Source of the DNA: Candidatus Micrarchaeota archaeon
GTDB lineage: Archaea > Micrarchaeota > Micrarchaeia > Micrarchaeales > Micrarchaeaceae
Assembly (NCBI GenBank): GCA_030040895.1
Contig: JASHSJ010000013.1
Coordinates: forward strand, 57,414-121,413
Direction of reading: 5' to 3'
DNA: 64,000 bases
Shown in pieces: positions 8,582 through 16,724 of this stretch (position 1 is its first letter; each line of letters opens with the position of its first letter). The position numbers and the translations under genes are program-made. The notes beneath the pieces were generated by a model. It did no database searches, was not told the origin of the DNA, and worked only from the letters and a program-made list of their open reading frames with translations.

Positions 8582-9265
8582 CTACGCTGTTGGTTGGGGT
8601 CTTGCTTCGCTCTTTGCCTCAAAATCAGATATCTGGTGTTTGAACTCGCCGTCGCTCTTGATGTCGCCTCTCGCTTTCAGAACCTCTCTTGTGAGCAAGA
8701 AATAGATTAGCGCGAGCGACTTCCTTCCCCTGTTGTTTGCTGGTATTATTAGGTCTGCGAACTTTGTTGAATTGTCAGTGTCGCTGATTGCTATTATTGG
8801 TATGTTTTGCATCCTGGCCTCTTTGACGGCCTGCTTCTCGTTTCTTGAATCGCTTATCACTATGAGTTTTGGTTCGCTATAATCCTCCCTGTTCGGATTT
8901 GTGAATATTCCTGGCGTTACCCTTCCCTTTATGAATTGCGCTCCTATTATTCCAGCGAATTTCTCTGCTGCGACTATTGCGTATATTCTGGATGCTGTTA
9001 CGACGACCTCTTTTGGATTTATCCTGGCTATCATGTTTATTGCCATCTTGAGCCTGGTGTCTATCGTCCTAAGATCAAGCAGGTAGAGCCCGTCTTCCCT
9101 TGTCTTGTATATGAACTTCTTCATGCCGGGGCTCTTGACCTTGGTGGCTATGTGTATACCTACCTCTAGATAGTCGTTCTGGTTCGTGAGCAGCTGCTCT
9201 GCTTGCCCTTCCTGCATCATCTGCTCGCGTACTGTTTCTGCTTTTTCTTCAGCCATAAAAATCAT
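8582..9265 (-). CDS. rps2: 30S ribosomal protein S2 (uS2)
   Basis: Motifs YLEVGIHIATKVKSPGMKKFIY...DGLYLLDL...VVVTASR...FIKGRVTPGIFTNP. The true start is probably the second ATG at 9256, because tRNA-Pro ends at 9267. Confidence 0.92.
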   Translation of the reverse strand: MIFMAEEKAETVREQMMQEGQAEQLLTNQNDYLEVGIHIATKVKSPGMKKFIYKTREDGLYLLDLRTIDTRLKMAINMIARINPKEVVVTASRIYAIVAAEKFAGIIGAQFIKGRVTPGIFTNPNREDYSEPKLIVISDSRNEKQAVKEARMQNIPIIAISDTDNSTKFADLIIPANNRGRKSLALIYFLLTREVLKARGDIKSDGEFKHQISDFEAKSEARPQPTA

Positions 9266-9266
9266 T

Positions 9267-9353
9267 TGGGGCCGCCGAGATTTTCAGGATTCCTTTTGAA
9301 CTCGGGTCGCTACCACCCCAAGGTAGAAGCCTACCAAGCTAGCAGACGGCCCC
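9267..9353 (-). tRNA. tRNA-Pro(GGG) with a 14-nt T-loop (59/60) intron
   Basis: Read on the minus strand. Acceptor GGGGCCG/CGGCCCC+A; anticodon stem CTACC/GGTAG with loop TTGGGGT; T-stem CCGAG/CTCGG enclosing 21 nt (TTCAAAAGGAATCCTGAAAAT). Removing 9281-9294 restores TTCAAAT. The D-stem has only 3 pairs (T-T mismatch at 10-25). Confidence 0.8.
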
Positions 9354-9392
9354 ACACAAAATCTCTGGGTCTTTTATCTATAAATACATAAT

Positions 9393-9593
9393 CTATTTCT
9401 TGCTCGATGTCATGAACTCGTCGATCAGCTCGACGTTGCTGAGGAACATCCTCCTGCAGCAGTACCTCTTTACTCCAAGGTCGTCAAATACCTTGGTCGC
9501 GTCTTCGTGGTCCTTGTTGACTCTTTTGTCGTATTCTTCCCATTTGTCAGCGACCACTGCGCCGCAGCTGAAACATCTTACTGGTATCATCAT
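9393..9593 (-). CDS. rpoN: DNA-directed RNA polymerase subunit N (Rpo10)
   Basis: 66 aa: [21 protein letters not shown]...[18 protein letters not shown], the canonical zinc-binding RpoN. Confidence 0.92.
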   Translation of the reverse strand: MMIPVRCFSCGAVVADKWEEYDKRVNKDHEDATKVFDDLGVKRYCCRRMFLSNVELIDEFMTSSKK

Positions 9594-9611
9594 ATTAAAA
9601 CCTTGATCGTC

Positions 9612-10145
9612 TCATCTATATGACTTCTGGAACCTCGCTCTCGCCTTTGGTCCTTTGTACTTCTTTGGCTCAACTCTCCTTGAATCGTCTATCAGGAGCG
9701 ACCTGTCGTAGTTAAGATAGGCAGATTTCAGTCCTGTTCCTCCAGAATATTCTACAAGGCCTTTTGCTATTGCGCCCCTTACTGCGTGTGCTTGGGCGCT
9801 AGGTCCTCCGCCGCTCACATTCACTATTATGTCAAGGGTCTTTGATATTTGCCTTGCAGAATCAAATATTGAGAGTGGCTCTGTTGCTATCCTCCTGAAC
9901 GCCACGCTTGGCACTGCTTCTATTGCGGCTCCGTTTATCCTGAGGCTTCCCTTTCCTTCCTTTAGATACGCCCTTGCCACTGCTTCCTTTCTCTTGCTCT
10001 TTGATACTATAATCTTTGCTTTGCTCTTGGAGCTTGCTTTGCGTCTTGGTGTTGTGGCTTTCTTTTTCTGCTGGACTTGCTGCTCTGCTGGCTGCGGTTT
10101 CTCTTCCTTCTTCTCCCTTGTCATTGTTGCTTGCTGCTGCATCAT
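9612..10145 (-). CDS. rps9: 30S ribosomal protein S9 (uS9) with Q/K-rich N-terminal extension
   Basis: C-terminal core SKRKEAVARAYLKEG...GGGPSAQAHAVRGAIAKGL...RRVEPKKYKGPKARARFQKSYR. The ORF opens at 10166, but the ATG at 10145 lies exactly 4 nt after the L13 stop. About 45 aa of low-complexity sequence precede the core. Confidence 0.9.
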   Translation of the reverse strand: MMQQQATMTREKKEEKPQPAEQQVQQKKKATTPRRKASSKSKAKIIVSKSKRKEAVARAYLKEGKGSLRINGAAIEAVPSVAFRRIATEPLSIFDSARQISKTLDIIVNVSGGGPSAQAHAVRGAIAKGLVEYSGGTGLKSAYLNYDRSLLIDDSRRVEPKKYKGPKARARFQKSYR

Positions 10146-10149
10146 TTGC

Positions 10150-10599
10150 TCATCTGTTATAGCCAAGTAGCTTTGATAGTTCTCCTACCTTTATGTATCC
10201 TGTGTATATTGTCTTTGGATCTCTTGCTTTTATCCTTATTGGATTCGTGGACTTAAGTTCTTCCGGAACTCCGATATAAACCCTAAGTCTTTTGTAAGCG
10301 TCTTTGCCGGTGCTCTTCCTGTGGTAAGGCAGCATGCCCCTTACCACCCTCCTGACCAGCATGTCTGGTCTTCTAGACCAGTATGGAGAATGCTCTGGGT
10401 TTTCCTTCTCTTGGAGATTGAGCCTTGTCTTGTACTTCGCAACTATCATCTGCTTCTTGCCGCTGATTATCGATTGTTCTGCATTTACTATGGAAACGCT
10501 ATTGCCGGTTAGCAGGCGTTTGGCTACAGTGCTGGCGAGCCTGCCGAGCGTCTCATCAGTAGCATCATATACTTCAAGTTTGGTTTCTTTTTCCTTCAT
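10150..10599 (-). CDS. rpl13: 50S ribosomal protein L13 (uL13)
   Basis: 149 aa with DATDETLGRLASTVAKRLLTG..VSIVNAE...WSRRPDMLVRRVVRGMLP. Confidence 0.92.
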   Translation of the reverse strand: MKEKETKLEVYDATDETLGRLASTVAKRLLTGNSVSIVNAEQSIISGKKQMIVAKYKTRLNLQEKENPEHSPYWSRRPDMLVRRVVRGMLPYHRKSTGKDAYKRLRVYIGVPEELKSTNPIRIKARDPKTIYTGYIKVGELSKLLGYNR

Positions 10600-10603
10600 G
10601 ATA

Positions 10604-10951
10604 TCAGATTACTATGTTTATTCTTTTTTGTGTGAGCATTTCGCTCAGGTTCATTACCCTGCATCCTTTACTCTGAAGTTGCATCAGAGCCTCTGCAGAA
10701 TACTCTAGGGCCGCTATATTGATCTTATGCTCAATGTTCCCTGTTGAAAGTACCTTTGCAGGCACCACTACATTATCTCCTTCTTTTGTTGACTTGTTTA
10801 GCTTGTGTAGACTTACTGGTGGTCTCGATCTTGAGGGCCTTGCTACTAAACCATGAAGTTTCTTTGATAGATTTTTGTATTGTCCCTCTTTAGATCCAGA
10901 TTCTAAGGTTGAGAGCCATTCTCTTACTACATTCTTCTCTGCGTTTGACAT
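10604..10951 (-). CDS. rpl18e: 50S ribosomal protein L18e (eL18)
   Basis: 115 aa with VSLHKLNKSTKEGDNVVVPAKVLSTG...INIAALEYSAEA. It occupies the conserved position upstream of L13. Confidence 0.85.
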   Translation of the reverse strand: MSNAEKNVVREWLSTLESGSKEGQYKNLSKKLHGLVARPSRSRPPVSLHKLNKSTKEGDNVVVPAKVLSTGNIEHKINIAALEYSAEALMQLQSKGCRVMNLSEMLTQKRINIVI

Positions 10952-10955
10952 GTTA

Positions 10956-11333
10956 TCATGCTTTTGCCATGGACACCGGGATCGTAGTTTCCTGCCTTGG
11001 TTTAGGTGGTTGGGCGTAAGCCACTGTAAGTTTTTGATCTCCAGCCCCTTTTCTTGATTCGCTGCTAAAGAAAAAACCTAGTTCATTATAGTTCACACTT
11101 TTGAAGAAACGATTAAGGCGCTCGATTATGCTGGTTTCTGTCCAGCTTCTGCTGAGTGCCGCATTCAAACCACTAACTTCTACTTGTATAGAAGCACCTC
11201 CTTGCTTCGTTATTGATGTGGGATATTTTGTGAAACCTACACCTATATCTACAGCTACTTCTTTCGTTTCTGGATTGGCAAGAAATACCCGAATTTTTTC
11301 TTCTTGTATTTTTGCACCGAATATCGTAGGCAT
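10956..11333 (-). CDS. hypothetical protein embedded in the r-protein/RNAP operon
   Basis: 125-aa ORF with ATG start. Its stop is 4 nt before the L18e start, so it is probably coupled. No recognisable family. Confidence 0.55.
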   Translation of the reverse strand: MPTIFGAKIQEEKIRVFLANPETKEVAVDIGVGFTKYPTSITKQGGASIQVEVSGLNAALSRSWTETSIIERLNRFFKSVNYNELGFFFSSESRKGAGDQKLTVAYAQPPKPRQETTIPVSMAKA

Positions 11334-11349
11334 TCAATCACATTAAACA

Positions 11350-11436
11350 TGCGGAGGAAGGGATTTGAACCCTTGCAGTCACTAAAGACACTGACCCCTC
11401 AAGCCAGCGCATTTGGCCAAGCTCTGCCACCTCCGC
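11350..11436 (-). tRNA. tRNA-Leu(GAG)
   Basis: Read on the minus strand. Acceptor GCGGAGG/CCTCCGC+A; anticodon stem CTGGC/GTCAG with loop TTGAGGG; long variable arm; T-arm AAGGG-TTCAAAT-CCCTT. 87 nt with no intron. Confidence 0.9.
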
Positions 11437-11441
11437 GCAGA

Positions 11442-12014
11442 TCAGAGCTTCTTGACCTCCTTCAAGAGATCTTTGAGCTCCTCTCTAATTGCGTCGAGCG
11501 CCTTATTAATTATTTCTTTGGGCGGCATCTGACCAAAAGATTCAACATAAAATCTGTATGAACCATCGTTTTCTTCGTATGTTATGAGACCCGGCTGGAA
11601 CTTTGCGTGCTTCGCGGCAGTACCGAGTATTGCCTTGCCTTCCGCCCTGACTTTCTGGCCTTCGGCCAGTTTTATTATTGGTATTTTGTCGTTAGCTACC
11701 TTTACATCCTTGTCAGAAGTTGTGAAGTCTCCTGAATACACTGTCTTTGGGCCTGTCTCGTCTACAGAAAACACGATTTCGTCCTTTTCGTTATACCCCT
11801 TACTTGGTGTCTTTATGGGGACAAGCCCCATTCTATGCGCTATGAATTCATCGAACATTGCGCTGCTGTTCTCATAGAATGTTACTCTGTCCATTGCAAA
11901 TGTCTGAACTGCAGACATAGCGCTCCTCCTTACTGCATTAGCTACGTAGGGACTGCATTCTTTTATGCTGAAAGACATTGATGTTCCTAGGTCTTCTGGA
12001 TCAGATATTCTCAT
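11442..12014 (-). CDS. rpoD: DNA-directed RNA polymerase subunit D (Rpo3), short form
   Basis: 190 aa with SPYVANAVRRSAMSAVQTFAMDRVTFYENSSAMFDEFIAHRMGLVPIKTP. No Fe-S cluster domain is evident. Confidence 0.85.
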   Translation of the reverse strand: MRISDPEDLGTSMSFSIKECSPYVANAVRRSAMSAVQTFAMDRVTFYENSSAMFDEFIAHRMGLVPIKTPSKGYNEKDEIVFSVDETGPKTVYSGDFTTSDKDVKVANDKIPIIKLAEGQKVRAEGKAILGTAAKHAKFQPGLITYEENDGSYRFYVESFGQMPPKEIINKALDAIREELKDLLKEVKKL

Positions 12015-12123
12015 TTATTCACTCGAGAGTGCAAGTATTTATTACTTAAAACCTATAATATAGCCTCCGGGGCTGCACAAATAGGGCCTTATTAAGTATT
12101 CTGGACTGTGATATTTATATATT

Positions 12124-12753
12124 TTGGTGAATTTCTTGAGTTTTGAGAAGTTTCTCGGCGAAGATCGGCTTTCAGCTGATTTCGGAGCGACAGGATATAA
12201 AAGAAACTCAAAAGAAAGGCAACATGCATCGAGGGAAGTAACCTTGGGAAACGCTTACGCTCTAGGCCTTGGACAGGCGCAATGGTTCAAATATAATGGT
12301 GCATCGAACCAGTATGTTGTGTGCACTGGTGTTACCTATGATGCCGTTTTGAGCATATACGACGTAAACGGCTCTGGGATGGCAGTCTATAGGTTCTTTG
12401 ACTTTGACCGTGCAATTTCATCTGCAATAGAAAGATCGCTACATGGAATAAAATATCCAAACTTTGAGGCTAGAATTTTGGGTATGCAGAATGGCCACCC
12501 TACCCCCAAACTAGATGCTTTGTTGGCAATGCTGGAAAGGAATAGAGCTAGCGTATTTGAAGCCGACCTGTTTGGAACTGATGTTAGGAACATCGCTTTT
12601 GATCTGTGCACCGGGGTTGATTACGATATACTTATGGAAAACCGTCCGTACAAGCCCGGAGAACTGAAGAATACGTTGGATTTTGATAGCTTCAGATCGC
12701 ATGCATCCCAGAAAACGCAGAAATCATGGCCAGAAGAGGTACAAAATCGATAA
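12124..12753 (+). CDS. hypothetical protein (weak CheD-like pattern)
   Basis: 209-aa ORF with a TTG/GTG start. By eye, segments VVCTGV..LSIYD..GSGMAVY, FEARILGMQNG and DVRNIAFDLCTGV align loosely with CheD-family blocks. The assignment is weak. Confidence 0.55.
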   Translation: MVNFLSFEKFLGEDRLSADFGATGYKRNSKERQHASREVTLGNAYALGLGQAQWFKYNGASNQYVVCTGVTYDAVLSIYDVNGSGMAVYRFFDFDRAISSAIERSLHGIKYPNFEARILGMQNGHPTPKLDALLAMLERNRASVFEADLFGTDVRNIAFDLCTGVDYDILMENRPYKPGELKNTLDFDSFRSHASQKTQKSWPEEVQNR

Positions 12754-12762
12754 GATGCTCAA

Positions 12763-12779
12763 GATTTTTTGAAAAAATC
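12763..12779. terminator. palindromic T6/A6 element after the 12124-12753 ORF
   Basis: GATTTTTTGAAAAAATC has 8-nt arms around one central nt and reads as a T-run on both strands. It begins 10 nt after the TAA stop. Confidence 0.4.
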
Positions 12780-12833
12780 ATAATATTTAAATACTGAAAA
12801 CGACGTAATGAATGTGTCGGTTCTGATGGTATA

Positions 12834-13508
12834 ATGGCGACAAAAAGAGCAAAACTTGCTAGAAAGACGAAGGTGCCGACCTCTGGGTCTGCCGGCAGGA
12901 AGGCGGCTGCCTCAAAGAAGGCCCAAAAACCAGCTAGGCAAAGGGTGCCGCCAGCTAACATCTCAATCTCGCCCCCTGATGAGGTAAAGGCTGTACTTCA
13001 GGAGCTTTCATCTAATGAAACGGCTGTAAACTACCTTAAGAAGAACGTAAGCAAGAGAGCGATAGATGTAATAGGTCAGCTCTCTGTACCGAAGACTGAT
13101 GAAGACCTTGCTGAAATTCTCGGCATGAAGATAAATGCCGTAAGAAGGATACTCAACATACTTCAGGGCCACGGAGTGACAAACTATTACGTTTCCAAGA
13201 ACGTTAACGGCTGGCTTTCCTTTGCCTGGTATGTAAACGTCAGCAAACTGAGACCGTTCTTTACTTATGTGGAAAATGTTGAGAATAAGAGGCCGGTAAT
13301 AAACAGCGAGTGTAATGACTATTTTGTCTGCAATTCTTGCTACGTCGACAACAAACTGATATTTACTTTTGATGCTGCATTCGAGAGCAATTTTAAGTGT
13401 GCTTCGTGTGGCAATGGACTTTTTATGATAAACAAAAATGCGGCCTCCAAACTGGCGGAGGGGGTCTCTCAAACAGCAAGAGAACTCACAAGGACCACAC
13501 GAATCTGA
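12834..13508 (+). CDS. tfe: transcription factor E (TFE-alpha) with K/A-rich N-terminal extension
   Basis: Winged-helix core DEDLAEILGMKINAVRRILNILQGHGV...WLSFAWYVN plus a Zn-ribbon (CNDYFVCNSC...FKCASCGNGL). About 45 aa of basic low-complexity sequence precede the core. Confidence 0.8.
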   Translation: MATKRAKLARKTKVPTSGSAGRKAAASKKAQKPARQRVPPANISISPPDEVKAVLQELSSNETAVNYLKKNVSKRAIDVIGQLSVPKTDEDLAEILGMKINAVRRILNILQGHGVTNYYVSKNVNGWLSFAWYVNVSKLRPFFTYVENVENKRPVINSECNDYFVCNSCYVDNKLIFTFDAAFESNFKCASCGNGLFMINKNAASKLAEGVSQTARELTRTTRI

Positions 13509-13560
13509 TTTTGATTTTTAGGAACGTTATTATACCTGTTCTGCATAGATTTTATCTCGT

Positions 13561-13635
13561 AGCGAGATAGGGTAGTCTGGAGTGCCCGCCGGGCTCATAA
13601 CCCGGAGATCGGTGGTTCAAATCCACCTCTCGCTA
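13561..13635 (+). tRNA. initiator tRNA-Met(CAU)
   Basis: AGCGAGA/TCTCGCT+A gives the A1:U72 pair. Anticodon stem CCGGG/CCCGG has three G:C pairs next to the loop CTCATAA. T-arm GGTGG-TTCAAAT-CCACC. 75 nt. Confidence 0.92.
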
Positions 13636-13778
13636 TTTATATCTACCCGGTGCGATTCCGGTATTATATGGTTTCTTCGTGTGCAAAACAAATTTGGAGG
13701 CATTTATATTCTTTTTTGAGAAAATATAATGTTATAATTAAATAAGAGGGCGTGTTTACTGGAACTGTGGTGGGTATC

Positions 13779-14273
13779 ATGGGAGAAAAAATTGGATACG
13801 AGTTGTTATGGGAAATGAGCCAAAAAGAGAGGCAAACAAATGAGCTGCTGCTTCTACCTAAGAATTTCTATGATGAAATTAGTGTTTTTATAAAGGAGCT
13901 CGAGAATGCCACTAGCGACGAGCAAATCAACATGAAACGGAATGCACAGAGACTGCTTAGTGAGCTCCAAGAAAGGCGGAAGCAGAAAATTATAATTTAT
14001 GTTGCATACAAAAGATCAATACCACAGCCTGCTATACAGGAAGAGGAAGACCTGTATTCAAGGATATTAGCAGCCGCGAACGGGCCAAATACGGCCAAGA
14101 CACAAGCAACGCAAGCAAACGAAAAGGCTTTGAAACTGCTACAACCAATACCAGAGATAATACTTCCATCTGGCAAGAAGGTCGGGCCTTTCTTAAAGGG
14201 CCAGGTAATAGAAATAGAAGAAAGATCGGACAAGGAATTCCTTATAAGCAACATGATATGCCAAAAGGCATGA
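13779..14273 (+). CDS. GINS complex subunit (Gins51/Gins15-like)
   Basis: The ORF opens at GTG 13752 and the first ATG is 13779. A-domain pattern LLLLPKNFYDEI...RNAQRLLSELQERRKQKII, and a B-domain-like C-terminus IPEIILPSGKKVGPFLKGQVIEIEERSDKEFLI. Confidence 0.6.
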   Translation: MGEKIGYELLWEMSQKERQTNELLLLPKNFYDEISVFIKELENATSDEQINMKRNAQRLLSELQERRKQKIIIYVAYKRSIPQPAIQEEEDLYSRILAAANGPNTAKTQATQANEKALKLLQPIPEIILPSGKKVGPFLKGQVIEIEERSDKEFLISNMICQKA

Positions 14274-14278
14274 TTTTT

Positions 14279-14563
14279 ATGAAAATCACGAAAGAGATAA
14301 ACGCCTATTGCCCAAACTGCAATAAGCATACGCCACATACCGTCAGGCTTTATTCAAAAGGAACTATGAGTGGTCTTAAGATAGGCACCAGGAGGGCAGT
14401 AAGAAAGAGAACAGGATACGTAGGTAAGGTAAAAGGTCAAGCAACCGTAATAAAGACAGCGAAGCGACAGAAAGTTTTGTTGGTATGTAAGGTTTGCAAG
14501 TACACTGTGGAGAGAGTGGTAGGTTCCAGGACGAAAAAGAGGCTGGAGCTAAAGGCAGAATAA
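14279..14563 (+). CDS. rpl44e: 50S ribosomal protein L44e (eL42)
   Basis: MKITKEINAYCPNCNKHTPHTV...LVCKVCKY is a four-Cys zinc ribbon. In-frame ATGs at 14258 and 14270 overlap the GINS gene. Confidence 0.88.
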   Translation: MKITKEINAYCPNCNKHTPHTVRLYSKGTMSGLKIGTRRAVRKRTGYVGKVKGQATVIKTAKRQKVLLVCKVCKYTVERVVGSRTKKRLELKAE

Positions 14564-14575
14564 ATCTGATTTATA

Positions 14576-15400
14576 ATGGCAGTACAAGACCCTGTGAAGG
14601 GGATCATGCAGGCAGGGGCGCCACCGCAGCCAGGCACACTGGCAATTGCGACAATAAACAAAGTCATGCCATTCGGCGCATATTGCAGGCTGCCTGAATA
14701 CAACAACATGGAAGTATACCTTCCAATAAAAGAAGTATCATCAGGATGGATAAAGAATATCCATGAGTTCATACACGAGGGACAGAGCATAGTTTGCAAG
14801 GTAGTTTACTATGACAAGGAGCGCCAGACCACAGACATATCACTCAAGAAGGTGACACCGCAGGAAAGAAAGGAGAAACAAGATTCGTATAGCTTGGAGA
14901 AGAGGCTCAATGCACTTTTCATGAGGGCTATAAGAGCAGCAGGTCTTGAGGCGCAGAAGACAGAGTTATCACAGAAAGTAATCGAAGAATTTACTACTTA
15001 CACTAATGCGGCACGGGCAGCTGCACAAGCAACACCAGAGTTCGATAAGTCAAAATTGCCAAAGAAACTCAAGGATGCACTGACGCAACAGATAGAATCA
15101 AGCAGGAAAAAGAAAAAATATGTCGTTTCATATACAATGACATTATCGTCCTATGATACAATGTCGGGCATCACAGAAATCAAGAGAATAGTGTCATTGA
15201 TAAAACAAAAAGGCGTTAATGTCAAATACATCAGCGCGCCGAAATACGGCCTTAGCGCAGAGGGCAAGGACTACGCCGATGCAGAAGGAAAGATAAAGGA
15301 AGCAGCGTCGATAGCAAGCGCTAGCATAAAGAAAGGAATCTTCGAGATAGAAAAAGAGAAGCTAAAGAAGGACAAGGAAGATATACTTTCAACGTTGTAA
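14576..15400 (+). CDS. translation initiation factor aIF-2 alpha
   Basis: 274 aa with an S1-like N-terminus GTLAIATINKVMPFGAYCRLPEYNNMEVYLPIKEVSSGWIKNI. It sits in the conserved position after L44e. Confidence 0.9.
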   Translation: MAVQDPVKGIMQAGAPPQPGTLAIATINKVMPFGAYCRLPEYNNMEVYLPIKEVSSGWIKNIHEFIHEGQSIVCKVVYYDKERQTTDISLKKVTPQERKEKQDSYSLEKRLNALFMRAIRAAGLEAQKTELSQKVIEEFTTYTNAARAAAQATPEFDKSKLPKKLKDALTQQIESSRKKKKYVVSYTMTLSSYDTMSGITEIKRIVSLIKQKGVNVKYISAPKYGLSAEGKDYADAEGKIKEAASIASASIKKGIFEIEKEKLKKDKEDILSTL

Positions 15401-15407
15401 TGATATC

Positions 15408-16190
15408 ATGGATAAAACTACAATAATAATGAAGAAAAAGCTCAAGCTCAAAGATCCTATATTGATAGTCGGTCTTCCGGGCATAGGCAATGTAGGCAAG
15501 CTTGTGGCAGAACACCTGAAAAGCGCATTTCCAACCCAAAAGATAGCGGTCCTATACTCGCCGCATTTCCCCCACCAAGTAGTCATGCTGAAAAACGGAG
15601 GCATAAGATTAGTGGGAAATCGATTTTACTTGATTCAGGCAAAAGAACTAAAGAGAGACATAGTACTCTTGACAGGCGAAGCCCAAGCAGTAACTCCGGA
15701 AGGGCAGTACGAAGTTAACAACAAGATAGTTGATTTCTTCAAGAACAAGCTCGGTGGGAGTTTCATATACACACTTGGAGGTTACAACGTATCAAGGAAC
15801 ATGGCAGATGCACCCAAAGTTTACGGGAATCTGACAAGGAAGGAAATGGCCACAAATTTCAAGAATACGAACATAATATTCGGCAAGTCTAGAGGCATGA
15901 TATGGGGTTCAGCGGGACTCATACTCGCCTTTGCAAAAATGAAAAAGATTGATGGCATATGCATGATGGGCGAAACCGGATTTCTTGATGTCGATGCTAG
16001 TTCTGCCAAGGCTGTGCTGCTTGAGCTTTCTAAATCCATAGGCCTTCCAATAGACACAAGAAATCTTGACAAGATCATAGAGAAAACGGCAAAGCTGGTC
16101 AAGGAACTGGAGAAACAAGCATCTGGGTTTGCACAACTTGGCGGAACAGGAGGGCAGCCAGGAGGAGATAGGCCAATCTACATAAGGTAA
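15408..16190 (+). CDS. PAC2-family proteasome assembly chaperone (PbaA/B-like)
   Basis: 260 aa with DPILIVGLPGIGNVGKLVAEHL. The C-terminus ...RPIYIR fits a HbYX-type tail. Confidence 0.75.
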   Translation: MDKTTIIMKKKLKLKDPILIVGLPGIGNVGKLVAEHLKSAFPTQKIAVLYSPHFPHQVVMLKNGGIRLVGNRFYLIQAKELKRDIVLLTGEAQAVTPEGQYEVNNKIVDFFKNKLGGSFIYTLGGYNVSRNMADAPKVYGNLTRKEMATNFKNTNIIFGKSRGMIWGSAGLILAFAKMKKIDGICMMGETGFLDVDASSAKAVLLELSKSIGLPIDTRNLDKIIEKTAKLVKELEKQASGFAQLGGTGGQPGGDRPIYIR

Positions 16191-16224
16191 AGAACTTATT
16201 CTTAGAAATCAAAAGATCAGAAGC

Positions 16225-16297
16225 GCGAGCGTAGTCTAGCCTGGTAGGACTATGGCTTCCCAAGCCATCGACTCGGGTTCAAATCCCGGCGCTCGCA
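16225..16297 (+). tRNA. tRNA-Gly(CCC)
   Basis: Acceptor GCGAGCG/CGCTCGC+A; D-stem GTCT/GGAC; anticodon stem ATGGC/GCCAT with loop TTCCCAA; T-arm TCGGG-TTCAAAT-CCCGG. 73 nt. Confidence 0.92.
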
Positions 16298-16405
16298 AAT
16301 TTGCTAATTCTCGTCTAGTTCCACTACAGTGCAGAAACAAGAACTTTTATAAACCAATCTTATTAATATATATCGACAACAAGCGACCTCCTAAATGGTG
16401 TCAAC

Positions 16406-16657
16406 ATGGTAAAATTCATAATAGCAAAGCAACTGATTGGGAAAAAGGTCATAACAAGCGACGGTTATGACATTGGAAGGCTCTTCGACGTAGAGATAAG
16501 CGAAGTGACCGGCAAGATAGTCAATCTTGTGATAGAGCCAAATCTTGACAGCGACGTGGTTGCGAGAATGAAGATAGAGGGAGGACAGCTAAAGGTCCCA
16601 TACAACTCTGTCATGGCAGTAAATGACTATGCAATAGTCGACAGAAAGAACTGGTAA
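16406..16657 (+). CDS. PRC-barrel domain protein
   Basis: 83 aa: KQLIGKKVITSDGYDIGRLFDVEISEVTGKIVNLVIE...VPYNSVMAVNDYAIV, the typical archaeal stand-alone PRC barrel. Confidence 0.7.
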   Translation: MVKFIIAKQLIGKKVITSDGYDIGRLFDVEISEVTGKIVNLVIEPNLDSDVVARMKIEGGQLKVPYNSVMAVNDYAIVDRKNW

Positions 16658-16724
16658 CCGTTTCTGATAAGGATTTATACCTTTACGCAGAATACTAAAC
16701 AGCGATAGCGCTATTTGTGTCTTA

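Noticed and set aside
16252-16470. 72-aa ORF overlapping tRNA-Gly, and the 76-aa ORF 36500-36730 overlapping tRNA-Leu(UAA).
   Set aside because: Each reads straight through a well-formed tRNA gene and has no protein-like features.
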